Source: Saprospiraceae bacterium (GTDB lineage Bacteria; Bacteroidota; Bacteroidia; Chitinophagales; Saprospiraceae). Taken from it: a stretch of DNA of 64,000 nt. Positions 9,169-19,512 of this stretch are shown piece by piece; position 1 is the first letter of the stretch; each line of letters starts with the position of its first letter. Location: assembly GCA_016718505.1 (NCBI GenBank), contig JADKDE010000001.1:32038-96037 (forward strand), read 5' to 3'. Position numbers and translations under genes: made by a program. The notes under the pieces are model-generated. The model was not told the origin of the DNA. It ran no database searches and worked only from the letters and a program-made list of their open reading frames with translations.

Positions 9169-10194
9169 TTAGTCCAAATCAGGTAGGCCATCTCCGTTTT
9201 CATCGATGCCATGGACCTTTAACTTAACTTGCAAATATGAAGTGCTGCCTACTGTTCCGAATTGTTTTACTACGCATAAAAGAGCGTATGCGACTCGATC
9301 TGCCGTCTCTGTCTTGATGGCGAAAACCTTACCTTCCAGCTTTTCATTGGATCGATACATTGTGGCATATTTTGGAACATTTTTCACTACGCCATAGAGT
9401 TGTTTGTTGCTTTGAATTCTGTCGAATTGCTCTTCGGTCAGAGGCGTCAAACCCACCTTAGCCAAGTTTGCCCTAGACCATTTTTTGATGGGATTTTGAT
9501 TTATTGACTTATATCTCTCTCCCATTAAGTCTTTGAATCCCCCTGGTTCTAGGGCATGTCCTGGAGAAAACAGTCTGTAGATATCCCCAGTCTTTGTAGA
9601 TTGCGACATAAAAATTAGGTCGATTTGATCTGCGTATTCACCTGCATCCACATCGTCATAAATCAATCCCTTTCTAGCATCGAGATATGCGCCATACTTT
9701 CTGTGATCTAGGCAACCCAAATATGCGGAACCATCAGAAAAATAAATCGTAGATCCCTCCTGGCTTGGAAAACTTTGTTGCATCGGATTGCCATAATTAT
9801 CAGGTTGGGAATAAACATCAGAATTGATAGCTGACCCTTGTTGCTGATCAGAGGACTGGTTGGTATTAGATGGATCGCTACCTGACTGGTTGGTGTTGTT
9901 CATCACAGGCTGATCTGTCTGGGTCATTTCTTGTTCTTTTTTGTTTTTCTTAAAAACATTGATAAAAGGTTGAATGACTCTGATTACTTCGTTGACATTG
10001 TCGGCGATGGCATTTACACTGTTCCCTACTGCTTCTACTCCGTCTGCCACTTCACGGGTACTTCTAGAAGCTTTTTCGGTTTTTTCTTTGACCTTTCTCA
10101 CCTTAGAAGACTGAGCATTTAGGCCATCAGAGCCTATGAAAAATATCGCCGAAAATACGAGGATGGAATTTTTGATTTTGGTATTCATGATCAT
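9169..10194 (-). CDS. Hypothetical secreted protein (signal peptide, helical segment, Q/N/S-rich linker, about 200-aa C-terminal domain)
   Basis: This is a long ORF with an N-terminal signal sequence (NSILVFSAIFFIGSDGLNAQ). I recognise no family motif. Confidence 0.6.
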   Translation of the reverse strand: MIMNTKIKNSILVFSAIFFIGSDGLNAQSSKVRKVKEKTEKASRSTREVADGVEAVGNSVNAIADNVNEVIRVIQPFINVFKKNKKEQEMTQTDQPVMNNTNQSGSDPSNTNQSSDQQQGSAINSDVYSQPDNYGNPMQQSFPSQEGSTIYFSDGSAYLGCLDHRKYGAYLDARKGLIYDDVDAGEYADQIDLIFMSQSTKTGDIYRLFSPGHALEPGGFKDLMGERYKSINQNPIKKWSRANLAKVGLTPLTEEQFDRIQSNKQLYGVVKNVPKYATMYRSNEKLEGKVFAIKTETADRVAYALLCVVKQFGTVGSTSYLQVKLKVHGIDENGDGLPDLD

Positions 10195-10206
10195 TAAAGA
10201 TTTAGT

Positions 10207-10830
10207 TTATTGAATTAATTTATTGATACTGTCAGCATTTAGTTCTGCCATATTGTTATGGACATTTATGTCATCATTTTGGATGGTTTTATCATCGAAA
10301 ATGGTCGGATGAAGGGCTATAATGGCCGTAAAATGTGTATTTGGCTCGATGATACTTGACCATTGAATTGGAACATGAAAGGATAAACTCTGATTGGATT
10401 TAATATTTTGGAAGGGCATCATCCCTATCAATTGACCTTCTTGGGTACCCGACATTTGATAAATCAGTAGCACTTGTTTTTGAGGGTCTGATAAAAAATC
10501 TCCCTTGCCGATGTTCATGATTTCACACTCAAGAGAGACAATCGCATTGCGTTGGTTAATCTTCTTTAAAAGCTTCGCCTGAAAACCCTCCAGCTTCAAA
10601 TCTGGACTGTTTTTAGCGTCCTTATTGACTCTTGTACTCGCCAAAGGCAACATTGGGATAGAATATGACTTAATCCATTTTTTATATTCGACAGGTACTT
10701 CCATTTTGGTTGATATTAAGTTATTGCTGTTCTGGGCTTTAATCATGCCAATGGTCGCTAATAAGATGCTTATAATAAAAATCCTTTCGCTCCAATAACT
10801 TTTGTTTCCGTTTATGATAATCCACTCCAT
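10207..10830 (-). CDS. Hypothetical membrane-anchored or secreted protein
   Basis: The ORF ends 12 bp upstream of the next same-strand gene. It has a hydrophobic N-terminal segment (IFIISILLATIGMIKAQ). I recognise no motif, and the start is uncertain. Confidence 0.5.
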   Translation of the reverse strand: MEWIIINGNKSYWSERIFIISILLATIGMIKAQNSNNLISTKMEVPVEYKKWIKSYSIPMLPLASTRVNKDAKNSPDLKLEGFQAKLLKKINQRNAIVSLECEIMNIGKGDFLSDPQKQVLLIYQMSGTQEGQLIGMMPFQNIKSNQSLSFHVPIQWSSIIEPNTHFTAIIALHPTIFDDKTIQNDDINVHNNMAELNADSINKLIQ

Positions 10831-11034
10831 TTGCTTGATTTTGATTCAAAATTATATCAAATGTGTGCCTGGAATTAGTCAGAGTGTATAATCTGCACCA
10901 TTGACTGGATAATTGGCATTTTAAGCGTATATTTTTGAAATATGCTTGAGTGGCTAGTTAGAGCATTTGAGCTTGGATGGGGGAGGTAAAGCAATGATTT
11001 TGAATGGATAGCATGCGAAAGGGGTGGTAGTGAT

Positions 11035-11149
11035 GGTCTGGGTGTGACTTGCACCCAGACCAGTCTCGACTACAATGTTTGTCGAGACCGAAACGAAGTG
11101 AAGTCACGGACGACCCGACCCGGCCTCGAGATGAGGTCAGGATTCGCCC
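11035..11149 (-). repeat. GC-rich dispersed intergenic repeat, copy B, with two adjacent perfect hairpins
   Basis: The reverse complement GGGCGAATCC...CTCGAGGCCGGGTCGGGTCGTCCG..CACTTCGTTTCGG aligns with copy D. The hairpins are ggtctgggtg/cacccagacc (11035..11061) and gtctcgac/gtcgagac (11063..11088). The copy starts 11 nt after the stop of the same-strand receptor gene. Confidence 0.6.
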
Positions 11150-11160
11150 TGATTATCTTA

Positions 11161-13388
11161 TTATAAACCCAAACTCAGCTTGAACCAAATCGACCGACCT
11201 GGGGCATTCACCCCAGAGGCAAAGACCCGATACCGATGGTCCAAAATATTGTTCACGCCCAGCTGTAAGCCGATATTGGGCCGAAACATATAGTTCAAAT
11301 TCCAGCGCAGGTCCATCCAAGCAGGCATCCCACTAGGCGTGGCATATTGGGCATTGTCCTCGCCATTTGGGGCATAAAGTTTTAAGGGCTTAACACCATT
11401 GAAAAGCAAATCTAGACTCGTGGTCACCCGGCCTTTGTCGTAGGTTATACCGCATTTGCCCGTAAGGGGCTGGATATGGTCCATGGGCACAAACTGTTCA
11501 TTTGATTTAGACCTTCCTCTCGTGTAAGTCACTTGGCCGACGATCTGCCACCAGTTGAAAAACTTAATTTTTCCAAAAAATGTGACACCGCTCACTTGCG
11601 CCACACTGGCATTCTGGTTGGTAAAAACCCTGCTTTTCACTCCCTGATACACCACGCTGTCCTGCCCTAAATAAGTGCCATGGCCTACCAAAAGTGCATC
11701 AAAAAGGATCGTATGATAGAGCGTACCTCCGAAAATAATTCGGTAATTGAGCCTTTTTTGCATCTCGAGTTCCATCTGTATTGAATACTCTGATTTTATT
11801 TGATCATTCGGCAAAATCACAATTTGAGGCCTAGAATCAAAAACCTTTGCCAAATCATCCACATTGGGGATTCTATATCCAGTGCTAAGGCCCAAAGTGC
11901 CCAAAAATCCCTTACTATTTTTAATGCTCATGAGACTGTGAACTGCCAGACCAAGATTATTTTGGGTAATTTGGTCAAATGGAAAGTCGAAAAACTCTTT
12001 GCTATCGAACTTTGACTTCAAGGCCTGTGCCTCCAGTCTAATCCCATTCTGAAAAGAAATTTCTGATTCGCTTGTAAGATTTTTTTCGTATTCGTGAGAA
12101 AGGTAAATGGCGACATTGCTCAGTTTGGATCCCCCATCTGGGTATCTCGTATCCAAAGCTGCGAGTGGTATCTTGTCCTCGGGCAAAGATAAGTATGCCA
12201 TCGATTCCAATCCTTCGACCCTAGCAGAAAGCCCATATTTAAAGCCCCCTAGTCCCGAGAATTCTTGTGTTTCGGCATCGAGACTGATGCCAACAATGTT
12301 TACTTTTTCTTCTCGATTTTGGACTAGAGCGTCAGTAGTTTTTGCGTAATCCGCCCTTCTTGGAGTCCTTGAAAATTAGCGTTCAACCTAAAGTTTTGCA
12401 GCCACTTTTGACCAAATTTATGAAATAAAAGGTATTGGACTGCACTCCTCGATTGGGGCGAATAATTCCATTTTTTGAAAAGAAAGCGGTCCCCTGAAAT
12501 CTCGGACAATCGGTCGTTTCTTTGGATATCTCCTAGCTTTGCAACATTAAAACTCAATTCATGGAGCGTATTCTTGCTTTGGGCGAATTTTATTTTGGCT
12601 GTATAATATTTAAAAACTGAACTGGCTGCTTCGATTTCGAATGAGTCAGAATTCAACCCCAAGGTATCCAAGAGATTATGTCTCGGAATACGCTTGTATC
12701 TATTCACCCCTATATCTTCTCCGAAAGGATTCTTTCGTTTTCCCATGGTCATCGCACCAAAGGAAGTAATGGTGACCCCACCCAAAAAAGCAAATTTTCG
12801 AAGACCTACTTGCAGTTCGAAATGCTCTGTATGACTGCTCGTTGCTTGGTCAAACTGGAATACAGCTTTCGCCTTCGCGATTAGGCTACGTCCATCGATA
12901 GCAGCAAATTCTGGCTTTTTCGAGGTAAATGCTAGGACGCCGCCGATGGCGTCGGATCCAAAATTGACGCTTTGTGGACCTTGATTTATTTGGACTTTTT
13001 CGATCATGAATGGGTCTATCATCAGGATATAATGTTGGTGCCCACTGCGATAAATTAGGTTATTCAGCCTGATGCCATCCAGTTCAAGGCCAACTTTATT
13101 GGCTTCAAATCCCCTTAGGATGGGGCTTCCGCCCGCTGTTTGGCTTTTTTGAATAGCGACCTTGCCTGTTTCAAAAAGTAGGTCCCCCATTTGCTGGCCA
13201 CTTGCGAGATTCATTTGAACTGACGATACTGTTAGGTATTCCAACGTTTTGGGTTGGATGGCGTGGATTTCTACTTTCTCAAGGCCAAAAATCGTGTCGT
13301 TAATTGGGTCTTCCTTCAGGCTGTCTTGCCCCTGGCAATAGCTCTGAAATAACAGAAAAGCCCCTACAAATAACCCCCATTTTTTCAT
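11161..13388 (-). pseudogene. TonB-dependent receptor, split by one frameshift (ORFs 12324..13388 and 11161..12210)
   Basis: The N-terminal ORF has a signal peptide and a plug domain (SPILRGFEANKVGLELDGIRLNN...GPQSVNFGSDAIGGVLAF). The C-terminal ORF is a beta-barrel ending ...SIWFKLSLGL. The downstream frame is open from the A5 run (plus-strand T5 at 12339..12343), and A6 would give ...GRITQKTTDALVQNREEK... Confidence 0.8.
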
Positions 13389-13509
13389 CGAATTTTTTAC
13401 TTTAAATACATAAAATAAAGATAAAGATAAGCGGCAAAATCCTTTTATCTGACTACAATAATTTCAAAATCAATACATTTACTTCTATATTTGTGCCAAA
13501 TGCTAAAAA

Positions 13510-14154
13510 ATGATACACAAAGAAGGTTACCTAAGCCTAGCCGTAGTCGCGACCATTTCACTGTTATTAACGATCCTCACCGGTATTTTTTGGGGAAATT
13601 TATACCAAATCACGCTCTTTTTATCCATCGTTATTTTTCTAATTGTACTACAATTTTTTAGAAACCCCAATAGGTCTATTGCCTTAATTGACGACAGGAA
13701 AATTTTGGCCCCAGCTGATGGAAAAATCGTAGTCATCGAGCAGGTGGAAGAGACAGAATATTTTCACAATCAAAGAAAAAAAGTTTCGATTTTCATGTCG
13801 CCTTTTAATGTGCACGTCAATCGTATCCCATTCAGCGGGCTAATCAAATACTACAAATATCACCCAGGCAAGTACCTCGTCGCTTGGCATCCAAAGTCCA
13901 GCACAGAAAATGAGAGAACGACCACAGTTATTGCGGGAAAATATGGCGACGCTTTGCTCAGACAAGTGGCGGGAGCCCTCGCAAGAAGGATCGTTCACTA
14001 CACCCCCCAAGGTCTGGAGGTGTCGCAGGGAGAAGAGATGGGCTTTATCAAATTCGGTTCGCGCGTCGATCTTTATTTACCTCTAAATGCAAAAATTCTG
14101 GTCAGCTTAGATCAAAAAGTAGTAGGAAATCGAACGGTTATCGCTGAGTTTTAA
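13510..14154 (+). CDS. psd: Phosphatidylserine decarboxylase family protein (short type)
   Basis: The protein is 214 aa with N-terminal TM helices. It has the conserved C-terminal FIKFGSRVDLYLP segment, which contains the G-S self-cleavage site. Confidence 0.8.
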   Translation: MIHKEGYLSLAVVATISLLLTILTGIFWGNLYQITLFLSIVIFLIVLQFFRNPNRSIALIDDRKILAPADGKIVVIEQVEETEYFHNQRKKVSIFMSPFNVHVNRIPFSGLIKYYKYHPGKYLVAWHPKSSTENERTTTVIAGKYGDALLRQVAGALARRIVHYTPQGLEVSQGEEMGFIKFGSRVDLYLPLNAKILVSLDQKVVGNRTVIAEF

Positions 14155-14173
14155 TTTATTTTTTTTCAGGATT

Positions 14174-14245
14174 TGGGCGCATCCCTTCGCTCGTCTATAA
14201 GACGAGATCGGGTCTGGCTGTCCGTGGGTTCCGTCTATCCCTCTT
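14174..14245 (+). repeat. GC-rich dispersed intergenic repeat, copy C
   Basis: GGGCGCATCCCTTCGCTCGTCTATAAGACGAGATCGGGTCTGGCTGTCCGTGGGTTCCGTCTATCCCTC shares its blocks with copies A, B and D. It begins 20 nt after the psd stop, and further hairpins follow (ctcatcgat...atcgatgag, 14262..14298). Confidence 0.6.
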
Positions 14246-14366
14246 TAAGTCGGTATAGACTCTCATCGATCTAGGATCAAAGCTACATAATCGATGAGAC
14301 CACTCCCATCCATTGCGCAGCTAAGTTTTATCCAAATGAGAATCCATTTACCAGCATTATGTACAA

Positions 14367-14398
14367 TAAAAAAGCCCTGAAAGAAAACTTCCAGGGCT
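14367..14398 (-). terminator. Rho-independent terminator of the large adhesin-like gene
   Basis: The minus strand reads agccctg-gaagttttctttc-cagggct followed by T6. It lies about 28 nt after the stop at 14426. Confidence 0.75.
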
Positions 14399-14425
14399 AT
14401 CCGCTCGAACAAACTTATATCGGAT

Positions 14426-17400
14426 CTACTTATTCATTACAACCATTTTTCTAGTCGCTGTACCCAATGGGCTTGATAGCTCATAGTATAAAACTCCACT
14501 AGAGATAAGGTCATCTCCTTCGAGACTTACTTGATTATAACCCTTTTGGTATGTACCACTGATGCTTCGAAGTAATTTTCCAGATGCGTCGTACACTTTG
14601 ATAGTGGCCGTTGTCGGCTTCGGTAGATTAAATCCGATCTGTGTATAGATATCCCAAGGATTTGGATAGTTTTGATACAATTCAAGTTTTGAATCCATAG
14701 CTATACCATTTTGTATGAACTTAAGTTCTACTTTTTGGATTTCGTCGTTTTCTGTAGTTGCTTCAGCGCTGATTCCTTCAGGAGTCATATACAATGATTC
14801 GCTCAATTTTCCTGAACGCAAAGCTTTGAATTTCAGTGTAAACAAAGGCTGACCCGCCTCTACTTTATTGCTACCATTGGTATTCCAACTAGCAGACAAA
14901 ATGCCTTGATTCAATAGTAAGTAAGAGAAATTCTCCTCAGACATTTGAATATTGTTGTTGGCAAAGCCTTCGAATGATAGATTACCTTTGCTGAATCCTA
15001 AAGACAACTGAAGTGAATTCAATTCACCTGCATTTTCGTTGCTGATTGGAATCTCTACGATTTCACCCGCTTTGAATTCTCTTTCGTTAACAGTGAGGTT
15101 AATTGACTTATTAGATCTCTCTTCAGCAGCGTATAGTTGTGATGGAAGACTTGTGTTGTTCACGTCACCCACCTTTACACCTACGAATGAAATTCCCGTC
15201 ATATTGGCTGTCAATTGACCGATAGTGTACAACTCAGGGAATGATTCAGTATTAGGATTATTGGTAGTAAATTGGTAAGCTTTGTCAACGAATCTCCAAG
15301 AGGTATTTCTTGAGAAATTATCAATCTTACCCAAAACCAATTTTCTAAGCTCAACCAAATCCGCTGAAGTAATCTCTCCTGACTTGTTAATGTCAGCAGC
15401 TATCATTTTGTAAGGTGTATTCAATTTTTCACTACCCAAAATATGCTTTTGAATCAAAAGAATATCTGCAGTGGACAAACCATTTCTTGGAGCCAATAAT
15501 TTCTGAGGAACTACTGAATAAGAACCACCTGTATTCATAGCTGGGAATTCATAAGTACCACTGGCAGATGTCTGCACAACAGAATTACCTCCTTCTAAGC
15601 TGATATCAACAAGCTCGATATTTCTGCCTTGTTCTGTTTGGATGCTTCCTCCTACTACAGCTCTTCCAAGAAGATCAGCTTCGCATGGACGATTCTCATT
15701 ACATTGAGTAATAACCGCACCCATATTGTTTTGAACCATCACGCCCGTTCTGCAATAATCCCAGTTGCCATACTCATCTGTTACGATGATGTATATGGAC
15801 ATAAATCTAGGAGCTTCTTGACCTGCATCATTGGTAAATCCACCAGAACACAAGTAATCTCTACAATCAAAAGTGATGCTAGAAGGCGCGCTTAGTGCAG
15901 ATGTTGAGCTAGGCACTAATCTCGATATTGTGTATGTCAATCTGTTACTTGGTGTACAATTGTCGAAAGAACCATCATTGAAATTAGATGCTGGTATAGT
16001 AATCGTACCCGTTGAAGGCATCAATTCTACGACCAAAGTCTTACATACTGGTGATGGCTTTTTGTTTTCGATAACATTGATAAAGCTTTCTCTAGTTGAA
16101 GCATTTCCACAACCGTCCTCAGCTGACCAAAGCACTCGATGTCTTCCTACTGTAAAGTTTCTAGTTATAGAGTTACCTACACCTGTAGCGTCGTATGTTC
16201 CGTTATTATCTATATCTAATGACCAATTCCAAGCAATTTCCTCAGCAGTAGCACAATCATCTATTGCAGTTGCCGAAGCTGTACCATTGGTAGAAACACA
16301 ATTGTCATTTGCTGTCAATGTAATGTTTGTGGCAGATACTGCAGGCGGAACTGTATTCATAATGATAATCTCCTGAGTATATCTCCACATTGCATATCCA
16401 GAACTTCCGTCGATATAGTAAAGACCTTGTGGCGTAGGAGCACAGAATCTTCTGCACCAATCGATCACCTTCCATTGTCTCAATATTTTAGTACATCCTG
16501 CAGATCCTCTAGGCAACTTGAATACTTCGTCTTCATAACTTACAAGTATCTGAGAACATCCATCCTCATTGGCGATAAATGGTCTAGATTGGTTAAATGG
16601 CAGTGCGCATGGATCCCAAGGATATGCAGCTGTAGCACAATTTTGGAATAAATTTATGCTTGGTGTGCAAACTGTTACATTCATCGCTACGTCCGCAGGC
16701 CAGTAAATATCGTGCTTGCCATCTTGCCATTTAACCTGAAGATATGGGCCAGGTGTCAATGGAAGTGCTGGAGGATTTGAGATATAATAGAATTTACATG
16801 GATCTTCCCATACATTTCTATCTCTATCTGCATTGAATACATTCGTTACATTAGAAGCTCCAGTTACAGAACTGTTCATAACAGCTGCATCATATCCAAA
16901 GAAGGCATTTCTAGATGCTACTGTAATCGTCTGTGTAGTTGAAGTGGTTGTATTGCTGGCGTTTCTAATAATAAAGGTTCTTGTAATTGTGCCAGCTCCG
17001 CACGATAAATTAGTAGTGACAGATGGAGCGTCCACCGTGTTGATACATCCATTTTGAACGTACCCATCCAATCCCCAATTTCTTGGAGTTCTTACTAAAT
17101 CATATCTGCCCGTAGCAGCATTATATACAGGCGTTTCTTCTTGGGTGATGATAGCATTTCTAGTTTGATTCGGCAATCTTATCATTCCGAATTCGTTGTA
17201 GGTTCCTCCAACATTTGAAAAAGGATATCTACAATCAACCGTCAAATCTGGTAATCCAACAACTACTGGAAGGATTTTATCTTGTACCTCAACAGCAACC
17301 ATACAATCGTTGAAATTGCCTTGAGCATCATAAACTCTTAAAATAACTGTCACATGATTCGTCGGACTTACTTCCGCACAACAGAATGTAACAAAATCTC

Positions 17401-18841
17401 TGAAAGTCGTATTCAAACTTCCATCTGGACAAGCATCGCTTGACATTTTCCTGATAGCAACTCTAGAAACTGAGCAATTATCCCAGCTACCATTGTCGAT
17501 ATCACTAGCATTCAAACGACCATATCCTTGCTCATTTAATGCAACAACTGTATTTCTAACACAAACTGGAACTGGCTTGGTTTGATCTTGTACCATAACC
17601 GTATAAATCGCTTGGGTAGAATTACCGCAATCATCATAAGCTCTATATGTGATGGTATTATTACCAGCTGGTAAAGCTACATCCCATCCTGTATTTGGCA
17701 TACTAGACCTAGCACCTCCAGGATAGATTACATCTACTCTGACAGTTCCACAATTATCCGCAACGGTTGGATAAGGGATTCTGTAAGGCGCAGTACAATT
17801 AAATGCACCCGTTGAAAGTGTACTATTAGCTGGTACACTCAATGTTGGAGCCTCTATGTCACGAATGGTAATAATTTGGGTGCAATTGGCCATTTGGTCA
17901 ACTCCACAATTCCAGATATTATACCTCCATGTACGCATAATTTTACGCTCTCTACCACATGTTAATTGCAATAAATTGTCTGTATAATCTACAGCAATAT
18001 TACAAGCTACATTTACACTGTTCGGAGTCCATAAAGGAATCAGCGTACCTCCAGATAATATACTAGGTACTCCTGTAAGGCTTGGAGCTGGATTGGTTCC
18101 AACCGGATAATCTGTACAATTGACAGTAATATCACCTGAACAAGTGATATCAGACAAAATTGCAGCTTTTACAAATACTCTTAAAGTACAAGGAGGAGAG
18201 ACATTGTTATTAGCATCTGATGCATAATATACACGTGTTAAAACGCGTAAAATACCAGGCTCAGTAACACAATCTCCTGGTCGTGAACTGATGTCCACTA
18301 GATTGGTAGTAACAGGTGCAGAACAATTGTCAGTAAAGCCAGGCGACCAAGTCGCTGTCTCCCAACAATTAAGCGTAACATCCGCACAGCTAGATATAAC
18401 TGGAGCAAATTTGTCTTCGACCAAAGCATTGGCCCAACACATATTGCCAGATACTCCATCCCTTACCTCTACTACAACTCTCTTGTTAAGCCAAGAAGAA
18501 GCAGTCGTCCAAGTAAAAAGTGTAGCACCAGTAGCTAGGACACCTGACTGAGCAATGATTGGACCTGTCATTCCATCACGCAAAGTAAGGGTAAAATTGG
18601 CAGCACCAGGACAACTAGCCCCGTTACCATCCAAAAACATATTGGCATTGATTCTCGCTTGACAATTTTCATTTAATGAAATATTGGCATCGTGACAACC
18701 GAGCGTACAAGATGCCGCATTGGCATCCATAACGGAAAAAATGGACATACAAACAACGACCAGCCAAGCTGATATTTGATCGTAAAATCCAGAGGATCTG
18801 TGTGAGTCTGATCCAAAGCATTTTAGAATAGTTTTCTTCAT
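14426..18841 (-). CDS. Large (1471 aa) Cys-rich cell-surface adhesin-like protein with dockerin-like and cohesin-like modules and a T9SS C-terminal domain
   Basis: It has a signal segment and many Cys-containing Ig/HYR-like repeats (DNCS.., DDCGN..). A dockerin-like pair is present (STADILLIQKHILG...DINKSGEITSADLVELRKLVLGK), followed by a cohesin-like segment (INLTVNEREFKAGEIVEIPIS). The CTD is LYQNYPNPWD...VLYYELSS..KMVVMNK. Confidence 0.75.
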   Translation of the reverse strand: MKKTILKCFGSDSHRSSGFYDQISAWLVVVCMSIFSVMDANAASCTLGCHDANISLNENCQARINANMFLDGNGASCPGAANFTLTLRDGMTGPIIAQSGVLATGATLFTWTTASSWLNKRVVVEVRDGVSGNMCWANALVEDKFAPVISSCADVTLNCWETATWSPGFTDNCSAPVTTNLVDISSRPGDCVTEPGILRVLTRVYYASDANNNVSPPCTLRVFVKAAILSDITCSGDITVNCTDYPVGTNPAPSLTGVPSILSGGTLIPLWTPNSVNVACNIAVDYTDNLLQLTCGRERKIMRTWRYNIWNCGVDQMANCTQIITIRDIEAPTLSVPANSTLSTGAFNCTAPYRIPYPTVADNCGTVRVDVIYPGGARSSMPNTGWDVALPAGNNTITYRAYDDCGNSTQAIYTVMVQDQTKPVPVCVRNTVVALNEQGYGRLNASDIDNGSWDNCSVSRVAIRKMSSDACPDGSLNTTFRDFVTFCCAEVSPTNHVTVILRVYDAQGNFNDCMVAVEVQDKILPVVVGLPDLTVDCRYPFSNVGGTYNEFGMIRLPNQTRNAIITQEETPVYNAATGRYDLVRTPRNWGLDGYVQNGCINTVDAPSVTTNLSCGAGTITRTFIIRNASNTTTSTTQTITVASRNAFFGYDAAVMNSSVTGASNVTNVFNADRDRNVWEDPCKFYYISNPPALPLTPGPYLQVKWQDGKHDIYWPADVAMNVTVCTPSINLFQNCATAAYPWDPCALPFNQSRPFIANEDGCSQILVSYEDEVFKLPRGSAGCTKILRQWKVIDWCRRFCAPTPQGLYYIDGSSGYAMWRYTQEIIIMNTVPPAVSATNITLTANDNCVSTNGTASATAIDDCATAEEIAWNWSLDIDNNGTYDATGVGNSITRNFTVGRHRVLWSAEDGCGNASTRESFINVIENKKPSPVCKTLVVELMPSTGTITIPASNFNDGSFDNCTPSNRLTYTISRLVPSSTSALSAPSSITFDCRDYLCSGGFTNDAGQEAPRFMSIYIIVTDEYGNWDYCRTGVMVQNNMGAVITQCNENRPCEADLLGRAVVGGSIQTEQGRNIELVDISLEGGNSVVQTSASGTYEFPAMNTGGSYSVVPQKLLAPRNGLSTADILLIQKHILGSEKLNTPYKMIAADINKSGEITSADLVELRKLVLGKIDNFSRNTSWRFVDKAYQFTTNNPNTESFPELYTIGQLTANMTGISFVGVKVGDVNNTSLPSQLYAAEERSNKSINLTVNEREFKAGEIVEIPISNENAGELNSLQLSLGFSKGNLSFEGFANNNIQMSEENFSYLLLNQGILSASWNTNGSNKVEAGQPLFTLKFKALRSGKLSESLYMTPEGISAEATTENDEIQKVELKFIQNGIAMDSKLELYQNYPNPWDIYTQIGFNLPKPTTATIKVYDASGKLLRSISGTYQKGYNQVSLEGDDLISSGVLYYELSSPLGTATRKMVVMNK

Positions 18842-19512
18842 GCGATCTTAGTTTAAGTTAAAAAAAATGAATAAAATAAATATAATACAAGCCCTTTCGA
18901 GCGTGATTCCACTTTTATAAAATTTCAGTATTAAGGGCTGATTCATTTGGGCAATAGCCAAAGCAAAAAGTCGTAAGACCTAAGTCTTCATTCCTTAAAA
19001 AATTGCATCCGATTAAGTCCCTAAAATCGATTACTTTTTAGTTACCTATTGAATCCAAAACTCCAACTATTGCCCATCTGATATTTGAAACACGTTTTTA
19101 TCAAAATCTACAGAGCCATAAATACTTGAAACAGAACTAATACACTTTTATCCAATGATAAATATATTACGCAAATCTATAATATGTTCTAAAATTGGGA
19201 AATACTCATTTGTGTCTATTTTTTATATCTACAAAAACATCATGAATCAAGTATCTGATTTTCTTCGTCTTATATATATAATTTTACTCCAATTGTTGTT
19301 TTACATATTAATATTATTTATAATATGTTTTTTATCTCTATGTTTTACATTCGTTTTTATTGGAAAGAAATTTGAATTTTGATCATAACTACTGACGATT
19401 TGGCCTTTTATCTTGCCCATCATCGATTTATTCGCAGTGAACTTCTATTTATTCCGATCAAAATAAATTATTTGATGTTATTTTGCCTTTTAATAAAAAA
19501 TCAGAGCATTAA

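Noticed and set aside
18842-19512. A 670-bp AT-rich spacer contains ORF 19155..19382, which translates to 75 aa of very hydrophobic I/L/F/Y-rich sequence.
   Set aside because: The composition is that of AT-rich non-coding DNA. The spacer lies between the divergent adhesin and receptor genes and most likely holds their promoters. I saw no repeat, RNA motif or ribosome-binding context.
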